From contig JBEHXM010000001.1 of the NCBI GenBank assembly GCA_048498695.1, positions 19,940 to 83,939 of the forward strand: DNA of 64,000 bases, read 5' to 3'. This DNA is from Bacteroidota bacterium. GTDB taxonomy: Bacteria; Bacteroidota; Bacteroidia; Sphingobacteriales; Sphingobacteriaceae. Position 1 is the stretch's first letter. Every line of letters starts with the position of its first letter. Position numbers and translations under genes: made by a program. Shown piece by piece: positions 56,749 through 64,000 of this stretch. The notes beneath the pieces were generated by a model that was not told the DNA's origin, searched no databases, and saw only the letters and a list, made by a program, of their open reading frames with translations.

Positions 56749-57805
56749 AGAAATGACAATGAATAAGAAAGGAATATTGCTGGTTAATCTCGGCACGCCT
56801 GATAGTCCCTCTACGCCGGACGTCAGAAAATATCTGAAAGAATTCCTAATGGATGAAAGAGTGATCGATATTCATCCATTTCTCCGGACCTTGCTGGTTA
56901 AGGGAATGATCGTACCCTTCAGGGCGCCAAAATCAGCTAAATTATACAAAGCTATTTGGAGCGACAAAACCGGCTCTCCCTTGCTTAGGTACAGCAAGCT
57001 ACAGCAAAGCCTTTTGCAGGAAAGATTAGGGGATGAATACCTGGTGGATTTAGGTATGCGGTATCAGAACCCTTCCATTGAAGAGGCCCTAAACCGGTTA
57101 CTGGCTGCAAACGTCGACCATATCACGGTAATTCCCTTGTTTCCTCAATATGCATCAGCAAGCTCCGGTTCTGTCTATCAGAAAGTGATGCGGGTTCTCG
57201 CAAACCGGGCGGTCATACCCAGCTTATCCTTTGTGAATTCGTTCCACGACGATGAACTGATGATCAGTGCATTTGCTGAAAACGGACAGATTTTTAATCC
57301 GCAGGAATACGACCATGTTTTATTCAGTTTTCATGGGGTTCCTAAACGGCAGTTACGAAAAGCGGGGTGCAATGACTCTCATGATCAAATGGGTATTTGT
57401 TGTAAGGGCCTGACGGATCGGAACAAGAATTGTTATGCGGCACAATGCCACGACACTGCAAGACTGATCGCAGCAAGACTGGATCTGCCTGATTCACAAT
57501 ATTCAATTTCATTCCAGTCCCGGTTAGGCAATGATCCATGGATAGAACCTTATACAAGCGGGGTGCTGACTGAATTGGCCAATTCAGGGAAAAGGAGGGT
57601 ATTAGTATTTTGCCCTGCATTCGTTTCTGATTGCCTGGAGACGATCTACGAGATCAGGGAGGAAGGCCTGGAAACTTTTCAAATGTCCGGAGGTGTTGAG
57701 CTCGATCTTGTGCCCAGCCTGAATGATTCGGCGACCTGGATCGAAGCCCTCGCGGGGCTGGCCATTAAAAATAGCCCGGTAACGGAATATGCCTTTGAAT
57801 ATTGA
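56741..57805 (+). CDS. hemH: Ferrochelatase
   Basis: LLVNLGTPDSP, PLFPQYASAS, FSFHGVP, FQSRLG, FVSDCLET. Confidence 0.94.
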   Translation: MFKEMTMNKKGILLVNLGTPDSPSTPDVRKYLKEFLMDERVIDIHPFLRTLLVKGMIVPFRAPKSAKLYKAIWSDKTGSPLLRYSKLQQSLLQERLGDEYLVDLGMRYQNPSIEEALNRLLAANVDHITVIPLFPQYASASSGSVYQKVMRVLANRAVIPSLSFVNSFHDDELMISAFAENGQIFNPQEYDHVLFSFHGVPKRQLRKAGCNDSHDQMGICCKGLTDRNKNCYAAQCHDTARLIAARLDLPDSQYSISFQSRLGNDPWIEPYTSGVLTELANSGKRRVLVFCPAFVSDCLETIYEIREEGLETFQMSGGVELDLVPSLNDSATWIEALAGLAIKNSPVTEYAFEY

Positions 57806-57830
57806 TTGCGGGTACTTCAGAACCTATTGT

Positions 57831-57895
57831 TGCTGACTGTCAATATATTTCGTGACATCGGTCATTTATAAACACGTGCCGCTGATCGAATTTTG
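57831..57895 (+). promoter_or_regulatory. Paired boxes (57831, 57853) + -7 element for the L,D-transpeptidase
   Basis: TGCTGACTGTCA and TGACATCGGTCA; GAATTTTG at 57888. Confidence 0.65.
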
Positions 57896-57913
57896 TTTTA
57901 AACATTAAGCGTT

Positions 57914-59377
57914 ATGAAAACTCTAAAAACATTCTTAGCAACGTTCGACAAAAGCAAGCACCTGCATATCACGGTTGGTTTGATTTTGGTTGCGCTCCTT
58001 CAGGCCCCACTTGCCGGCAGGGCGCAGCAATCCTTATCGGACATTTCGGTTTCTTCAGAAATTAAGAAACAATTATTCGACCCGGGAACGACCAAATCGC
58101 TGTTTTTTCCGAAGTCGGTTTCTGCTTTTTATTCATCAAATAATTTTCAGCCGGTTTGGATAAACAGCCAAGTATACTCGAAGCAGACAGGGGAAGCTAT
58201 GATGCTGCTGGATTGTGTCCTGCAGTATGGACTGTCGCACAAAGATTATCATCCCAATGAACTGACCTATGATGTTTTGCGGGATATTTCTGAAAAACCG
58301 GCTTCTGTTAGTTTGGAAAAAAAAGCAAGGTTCGAGTTATTGTTGACAGATGCGCTGCTCACACTGATGAACAATATGCACTTTGGAAAACTAAACCCAT
58401 ATTGCAGCGCAGAAAAAATTGATGTCGGCATCGCCGGCTTTAGTGCACCTGATAGTTTAAGCCTGGCTTTGAAAAGCCCGCTTTTCATGAGGACCATTGA
58501 AAATTCGCAGCCGAGGGTAAAAGCGTATCGCGATCTTCAGGACCATATGCGGCAGTTAGAGGGCGTTTATAAAGAAGATTGCTACGTTACTCCGGAGGCG
58601 GACGTAAGAAAAATGGCCATCAATATGGAACGTATCCGTTGGGGATCATTCGATGAAAACACCTATATCCAAATTAACATACCAACTTATGCTTTGTTGT
58701 TAAAACTACCGGACACCTGCTACAAATTTAAAGTTATTGTCGGAAAGCCTGAAACTCCCACACCAACCCTGCTGAGCGCGATCACCTATTTTACGACAGC
58801 ACCGGAATGGAGAGTGCCTAAAAGTATCTTTGCGAAGGAAATACTGCCAAAAGCAATAAAGGATACAGCCTTCCTTGAAAATAATCATTATGCAATTTAT
58901 GATCACCAGGGTAATTTTCTTGAACCGACCCACGGGCAATTGATCGAAGCCGGCAAGCACCCATCTCTATACTATGCAAGACAATCAGCCGGATGCGATA
59001 ATTCTCTTGGATTGATCGTTTTCCGTTTCCAGAATATCTATGACGTTTATCTTCACGATACTCCCGAACAAAAATTATTTAAAGGGAATGAGCGGGCTTT
59101 CAGCCATGGCTGCATACGGGTAGAGCAGGCTAAGGAACTTGCCGCACTTTTGCTGACGGCGGATCGTGCTAAAGATCAAATTAAAACAATGCGGAACGCT
59201 ATTGCTGCTTATCAGACCAGGGATTTTAAGTTGCATAAACAAATCCCTTTAAAAATAACCTACCTGACCTGTGAAATGCACGAAGGCGAGTTGATCCTGC
59301 ATCCCGATATTTACGATCTTGATAAAAGCCTGGAGCTTGCCCTATATGGCGGCAACGAAACGCTGACCAACAGGTAA
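57914..59377 (+). CDS. L,D-transpeptidase (YcbB/LdtD-like scaffold + YkuD domain)
   Basis: INMERIRW, VIVGKPETPTP, VYLHDTP, SHGCIRV. Confidence 0.9.
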   Translation: MKTLKTFLATFDKSKHLHITVGLILVALLQAPLAGRAQQSLSDISVSSEIKKQLFDPGTTKSLFFPKSVSAFYSSNNFQPVWINSQVYSKQTGEAMMLLDCVLQYGLSHKDYHPNELTYDVLRDISEKPASVSLEKKARFELLLTDALLTLMNNMHFGKLNPYCSAEKIDVGIAGFSAPDSLSLALKSPLFMRTIENSQPRVKAYRDLQDHMRQLEGVYKEDCYVTPEADVRKMAINMERIRWGSFDENTYIQINIPTYALLLKLPDTCYKFKVIVGKPETPTPTLLSAITYFTTAPEWRVPKSIFAKEILPKAIKDTAFLENNHYAIYDHQGNFLEPTHGQLIEAGKHPSLYYARQSAGCDNSLGLIVFRFQNIYDVYLHDTPEQKLFKGNERAFSHGCIRVEQAKELAALLLTADRAKDQIKTMRNAIAAYQTRDFKLHKQIPLKITYLTCEMHEGELILHPDIYDLDKSLELALYGGNETLTNR

Positions 59378-59391
59378 GAAGCAAAATGCGG

Positions 59392-60201
59392 TCAAATGTT
59401 TGTATCGGGAGGAAAAAGCGGGCTGAATTTAATATCTTCAATGCTGCCTTTGAAGTATGGGTAGTCTCCTGATGGTAAACTCCATATGGCTTTGAAATCA
59501 GCAGGGATCTTATAACCTGTTATAGTTTTGATATTATCTGCGACGGCAGTCCACTTGTAAGAGATGTATTGTCCCTTTACAGCGTAATAGCGGTCATTCG
59601 TTTCAAACCGCAGGAAGCGTCCCTCTTCGGTGAAATAAAATAGCCCTTTGGCTTTAATTCCGTGATCCTCAATGGTACCTTCGACAGTGATCCGGTCAAT
59701 GCTTCTCCAGGTAATATATCGTTGCAGGGCATAAATAGGCAGGAATATTGTTTCTGCTAAAATGGTCACTAACTCTGCCTGGTCCATTTCTTTGCCTTTG
59801 TCATTAGAGACTGTGAACCATTTGAAAATTTTGATAATCATATTACCTGTGCCCCGGCGGTATTTGTCCATCGCTGTGAATGGTATGAGCCCGGCAACCC
59901 TGGCGTTCATTTTAGCCAGCCTCACCGGTTCCGGGAAATAATTGGCCTGCTCACAGGCTAACTGCACCCATCCCTTGCCAGGCGACATGCAAAGGTTTGC
60001 GTCGCTCCATTTAATACTCGCGCAAAAGAAAGCTTCACCACCGGTATAGCCGCAATTGAGCAGGTATCTTCTGAGTATATCCGGTAATTCCGCCATCGGT
60101 CTTCTGCGGATCAGGTTACTCCCCGACCGAAGGCAAAGCATTGCCTCTTCAGTTTTCTCCCGGTCAAATCTGGTTACAATACTCTGGTTGAAAAACATCA
60201 A
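59392..60201 (-). CDS. Hypothetical protein (DUF6544-like)
   Basis: LPDILRRYL, Q-x-N...EPVRL, DQAELVTILAE; family from memory. Confidence 0.7.
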   Translation of the reverse strand: MMFFNQSIVTRFDREKTEEAMLCLRSGSNLIRRRPMAELPDILRRYLLNCGYTGGEAFFCASIKWSDANLCMSPGKGWVQLACEQANYFPEPVRLAKMNARVAGLIPFTAMDKYRRGTGNMIIKIFKWFTVSNDKGKEMDQAELVTILAETIFLPIYALQRYITWRSIDRITVEGTIEDHGIKAKGLFYFTEEGRFLRFETNDRYYAVKGQYISYKWTAVADNIKTITGYKIPADFKAIWSLPSGDYPYFKGSIEDIKFSPLFPPDTNI

Positions 60202-60218
60202 AATAATATTGGGGTTTA

Positions 60219-60261
60219 CAAAAGTCCCAGTTATATGATTGTCTTCAAATGAGCAAGATCA
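60219..60261 (-). promoter_or_regulatory. Single box (60250) + -7 element for the DUF6544-like gene
   Basis: TGAGCAAGATCA; GACTTTTG on the minus strand 23 nt away. Confidence 0.5.
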
Positions 60262-60293
60262 CATTCGTCAATATTTTGATTCAATCTCAAATT

Positions 60294-60358
60294 TGCTTTA
60301 GATCATGCCTGGAAATGACTTAAATCATTATTCAAACGGCCCTGATTTTTCAACTTTA
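60294..60358 (+). promoter_or_regulatory. Paired boxes (60294, 60316) + -7 element for usp
   Basis: TGCTTTAGATCA and TGACTTAAATCA; CAACTTTA at 60351. Confidence 0.65.
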
Positions 60359-60371
60359 CACTGTAGATGAT

Positions 60372-61259
60372 GTGAAACTTAAATTGAAAATTATGAAAAA
60401 TTTACTCATTGCCACCGATTTTTCAGTGAACGCCAAGCACGCTGCCGAATATGGTTATTTTCTTGCTTCGCAGCTAAAAGAGGATATTATTTTGTGCAAT
60501 ACTTTTTTCGTACCAGCCGAGGCTCCTCAATCTGCGATGATCGCCTGGCCCCTTGTAGAATATGACGAACTGAACGAGGCAAGTGCAAAGGAGTTAAACG
60601 AACTGAGAGACACCCTTTTAAAGAATGATCATGATTTCAGATTTAAACCAGCCATTAAGTGCGCCAATGAACCCGGCTTATTAGCCGATACGCTGAATAC
60701 CTTCATCGAAGAAGGCAATATAGAAATGACCATCCTGGGGACACATGGAAACACTGGTCTGAATACCCTGATCATGGGGAACCATAGCCGCAAAATGATT
60801 GACGCGGCAAAAGGATTACTGATGCTTGTGCCCTTAACCGCAAAAATTACACCGATAAAGAAGATCGCATTTGCAACCGACTTCCGCGACCCTGAACAAG
60901 ACCTGAAAATCATTTACAAATTGATACAAACGATCCGTCCTTTGAATGCGGAATTACTGGTTACTCATATAACCCATGAAAGCTGGCCGGAGACCAATCT
61001 GAGGAAATCCCTGGAGCATTTCCTGACTGAGATATCCAATAAGGCGGACTACCCCAAAATATATTACCGGATTGTGCGCAGCGACAAACCGGAAAAAGGG
61101 CTGGAATGGCTCTGCGACCACGGACAGGTCGATGTGCTGGCGATGGTACACCGTGACCATGGCGTTTTAATGGAAATCCTAAATGGGAGCCACACTAAGA
61201 GAATTGCAGATATCATCAGGATCCCATTACTTGTTATACCGGAAAATTTTGCGGAGTAG
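60372..61259 (+). CDS. Universal stress protein (tandem USP domains); start probably MKNLLIATDFS
   Basis: LIATDFSVNA, ILGTHG, KKIAFATDF, IPLLVIP. Confidence 0.9.
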   Translation: MKLKLKIMKNLLIATDFSVNAKHAAEYGYFLASQLKEDIILCNTFFVPAEAPQSAMIAWPLVEYDELNEASAKELNELRDTLLKNDHDFRFKPAIKCANEPGLLADTLNTFIEEGNIEMTILGTHGNTGLNTLIMGNHSRKMIDAAKGLLMLVPLTAKITPIKKIAFATDFRDPEQDLKIIYKLIQTIRPLNAELLVTHITHESWPETNLRKSLEHFLTEISNKADYPKIYYRIVRSDKPEKGLEWLCDHGQVDVLAMVHRDHGVLMEILNGSHTKRIADIIRIPLLVIPENFAE

Positions 61260-61308
61260 TGTTGCAGGTGTGAAAAATGATCAGTGGCCAGGCAGGCAAA
61301 TCAAAAGA

Positions 61309-61333
61309 AAGCCCTTCTAATTTAGAAGGGCTT
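61309..61333. terminator. Bidirectional terminator between usp and phosphoketolase
   Basis: AAGCCCTTCTAA/TTAGAAGGGCTT flanked by A- and T-rich runs. Confidence 0.75.
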
Positions 61334-61343
61334 ATTTATTTCG

Positions 61344-63746
61344 TTACTTCGTGCTCCACTTCCAGTTCAGGACTTCCGGCATATCTTTGCCGTTTGCGTT
61401 AATATATTCTTTGTGTGCAATTAGCATATCCTGAAGTTTCTGCTGTAAGTAAACGCCTTTGCTTCCGGTTTTAGGGAGGCGGTCTATTGCATCAATTACC
61501 AGGTGGTATCGGTCCATCTCGTTCAGGACGGTCATATCAAAGGCTGTTGTAATAGTGCCTTCTTCCTTATAACCCCTGACATGGATATTGTTGTTATTTG
61601 TCCGGTTATAGGTGAGCCGGTGTACCAGCCAGGGATAGCCATGGAAGGCGAAGATAACGGGCTTGTTCGTTGTAAACAGGCTATCAAATTCATGATCGTC
61701 GAGTCCATGGGGATGTTCCGATTTGCGTTCCAGTTTCAAAAGGTCAACGACATTGATCACCCTGATTTTCAGGTCGGGCAGATGCTCCCTCAGAATAGAT
61801 ACTGCAGCCAGCGTCTCCAGGGTCGGCACATCCCCGCAGCAGGCCATAACAAGGTCAGGCTCACAATCTTCATCGTTGCTGGCCCAATCCCATATCCCGA
61901 TGCCCCTGGTACAATGATCAACGGCCTCTCGCATACTAAGCCATTGCGGCGCTGGATGTTTACCGGCGACAATGACATTCACATAGTGATAAGTGCGCAG
62001 GCAATGGTCCATGACAGACAAAAGGCAATTAGCATCAGGAGGAAGGTATACCCGAACTATATTGGATTTTTTATTGACCATATGATCTATGAAACCCGGG
62101 TCTTGATGAGTAAATCCATTATGGTCCTGCCTCCAAACGGTTGATGTCAGTAAAATATTCAATGACGCAATCTTCCTTCGCCAGGGGATCTCGCACGTCA
62201 TTTTCAGCCATTTGGCATGTTGATTGAACATAGAATCGACAATATGAATAAAGGCTTCGTAGCAGTTGAAAAGGCCGTGCCTTCCGGTTAACAGATAGCC
62301 TTCCAGCCAACCCTCGCACTGATGTTCACTCAGCATCTCCATTACCCTTCCGGATGTTGCCAGGAAGTCATCACTTTCAATGACCGGAGCACCCCATTGA
62401 CGGTTCGTCACCTGGAAAACTTCATCCAGTTTGTTTGACATAGTCTCATCGGGCCCGAATATCCTGAAATTATTTCGGTCGTCGTTCAGGCGGATAACGT
62501 CACGCAGAAACCTGCCGGTAACATGAACGTCACCTTCCCCAGGGTCACCATGGTTGCCGATAGGGATGCCATAATCCCGAAAGTCCGGGAGATGAAGGTC
62601 GTGTAACAACATACCTCCGTTCGCATGCGGATTGGCGCCCATCCGCCGATTACCTTCCGGGGCAAGGGCAGCGAGCTCCTTAATCAACCGACCGTTCTCG
62701 TCAAAAAGTTCCTCGGGCCGGTAACTTTTCATCCACGCCTCCAGTTGGGCGAGGTGATCTGCAGGCGAAGACGGTGAAACAGAGAGTGGGATCTGATGGG
62801 AGCGAAAAGTTCCTTCAACGGGCCTTTGGTCTACTACTTTTGGACCTGTCCACCCTTTGGGCGATCTCAGAATGATCATAGGCCACACTGGGCGGGGGCC
62901 ACCCGGATGTTCTTTCGCATTATATTTGATCTGCCTGATCCGGTCGACTGCATAGTCCAGGGCCGTTGCCATTCGCTGGTGCATATAAGACGGGTCGGAA
63001 CCCTCAACGAATATTGGTAGATAGCCATAACCCTGAAAAAGGGCCTCCAATTCTTCATGAGGAATTCTCGCGAGTATTGTTGGGTTGGATATTTTATATC
63101 CGTTTAAATGAAGGATCGGTAATACCGTGCCATCCCGGAGCGGGTTGATGAACTTATTGGAATGCCAGGCAGTTGCTAATGGCCCGGTTTCCGCCTCCCC
63201 GTCTCCGACCACACAGGCGACAATAAGATCAGGATTATCCAGGACTGCACCAAATGAGTGGCTCAGGGAATATCCCAGTTCGCCGCCTTCGTGAATCGAT
63301 CCGGGCGTTTGGGGAGAGGCGTGGCTGGAGATTCCCCCGGGAAATGAAAATTGTGTAAAAAGCTGTTTTAATCCTGCCTCATCGCGGGTTACCGCCGGAT
63401 AAGTCTCGCTGTAGGTCCCTTCCAGATAGGTAGCCGATACCACCGCCGGACCTCCGTGGCCTGGGCCCGAAACATAGATCATATTCAGGTCGTATTCCCT
63501 GATGATCCTGTTAAGATGGGTATAGATAAAATTTTGGCCGGGCGTAGTACCCCAATGACCAAGGAGCATACTTTTTACATGCTCCATCTTCAATGGCAGT
63601 TTCAATAATGGATTATCGCGGAGGTATAACTGCCCGACTGACAAATAATTTGCAGCCCGCCAATAGGCGTCCATCTTAGCTAACAATTCTTCCGGCAGAG
63701 GACGCACCTCATTTAAAGCTTCCTCCAAAGTTCGGTTTTCTTCCAT
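61344..63746 (-). CDS. xfp: Xylulose-5-P/fructose-6-P phosphoketolase
   Basis: [45 protein letters not shown]. Confidence 0.96.
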   Translation of the reverse strand: MEENRTLEEALNEVRPLPEELLAKMDAYWRAANYLSVGQLYLRDNPLLKLPLKMEHVKSMLLGHWGTTPGQNFIYTHLNRIIREYDLNMIYVSGPGHGGPAVVSATYLEGTYSETYPAVTRDEAGLKQLFTQFSFPGGISSHASPQTPGSIHEGGELGYSLSHSFGAVLDNPDLIVACVVGDGEAETGPLATAWHSNKFINPLRDGTVLPILHLNGYKISNPTILARIPHEELEALFQGYGYLPIFVEGSDPSYMHQRMATALDYAVDRIRQIKYNAKEHPGGPRPVWPMIILRSPKGWTGPKVVDQRPVEGTFRSHQIPLSVSPSSPADHLAQLEAWMKSYRPEELFDENGRLIKELAALAPEGNRRMGANPHANGGMLLHDLHLPDFRDYGIPIGNHGDPGEGDVHVTGRFLRDVIRLNDDRNNFRIFGPDETMSNKLDEVFQVTNRQWGAPVIESDDFLATSGRVMEMLSEHQCEGWLEGYLLTGRHGLFNCYEAFIHIVDSMFNQHAKWLKMTCEIPWRRKIASLNILLTSTVWRQDHNGFTHQDPGFIDHMVNKKSNIVRVYLPPDANCLLSVMDHCLRTYHYVNVIVAGKHPAPQWLSMREAVDHCTRGIGIWDWASNDEDCEPDLVMACCGDVPTLETLAAVSILREHLPDLKIRVINVVDLLKLERKSEHPHGLDDHEFDSLFTTNKPVIFAFHGYPWLVHRLTYNRTNNNNIHVRGYKEEGTITTAFDMTVLNEMDRYHLVIDAIDRLPKTGSKGVYLQQKLQDMLIAHKEYINANGKDMPEVLNWKWSTK

Positions 63747-63782
63747 CTTGAATGATCAGGTAGTTGTCGTTAAAAATTGATA

Positions 63783-64000
63783 TTAAATCTGAATCGTATT
63801 AAGCTTTCGTTCAGCGAGAAGTAGCTGATCGAGAAGATCCGTCATTTGTTGTTTATGAAAAAATAATTGCGGAAACAGCTGCCGGTAATAAGCAATGCCT
63901 GATTCCAGTTCGCCCCTGAATTTCTGCAGGTACTTTTGTTTCTTTTCGCTCAAGTTCTTCAGGTGCGTATTAAGTTCCTTCTGGAAGTAATCGATATACA
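63783..64000 (-). CDS. C-terminal 71 aa of a gene entering from the right edge (hypothetical)
   Basis: Hand translation ...YIDYFQKELNTHLKNLSEKKQKYLQKFRGELESGIAYYRQLFPQLFFHKQQMTDLLDQLLLAERKLNTIQI*; stop lies 36 nt before the xfp start. Confidence 0.7.
   Translation of the reverse strand, partial: YIDYFQKELNTHLKNLSEKKQKYLQKFRGELESGIAYYRQLFPQLFFHKQQMTDLLDQLLLAERKLNTIQI

Larger units (their letters stand above)
26580..64000. mobile_element. Probable second island (low-oxygen / N2O-reduction cargo) extending past the right edge
   Basis: Starts at att-like copy 2; coherent accessory cargo with one shared promoter motif; the far boundary and integrase are not visible. Confidence 0.5.

Noticed and set aside
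61503-62144. 213-aa plus-strand ORF
   Set aside because: Antisense shadow of xfp, as with the other long antisense ORFs in conserved genes.
1-64000. CRISPR array, rRNA, IS/transposase or prophage genes
   Set aside because: No regularly spaced repeat-spacer array or such coding motifs were seen; the paired boxes are promoter elements, not an array.

Overview
Bacteroidetes-type DNA (Sphingobacteriaceae/Mucilaginibacter-like by inference from gene content and TAnnTTTG promoters) in three blocks. (1) 1-12.9 kb: a truncated ABC permease; an operon of secreted hypothetical, NAD-dependent epimerase, SDR, ECF sigma, FecR and STN-domain protein; an unannotated 50-aa secreted Lys/Thr-rich ORF behind a sigma54-like promoter; and an NtrC-type regulator converging on a hybrid kinase. 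(2) 13.0-26.6 kb: a LacI-controlled N-acetylhexosamine utilization locus (SusC/SusD, GH20, nagA, nagB, HGSNAT/NagX-like, MFS) bracketed by two 45-bp direct repeats, each the 3' half of tRNA-Ala(GGC) and att-like. (3) 26.6 kb to the right edge: a probable second island of low-oxygen genes (adh, pta-ackA, phosphoketolase, clade II nos cluster, Rrf2-ric operon ending in queD, hemA/hemH, USPs, mgtA, L,D-transpeptidase). The strongest hidden signal is in block 3. Thirteen promoters share one geometry: a TGAY-N4-RTCA box 23 nt from a -7-like element, usually with a second box 22 bp away. A Cys-motif, PP-terminated ORF ahead of a TonB receptor is a candidate metal-sensing leader. No intact rRNA or tRNA, CRISPR array, integrase or transposase was seen. 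All calls come from reading the sequence; no searches were run.
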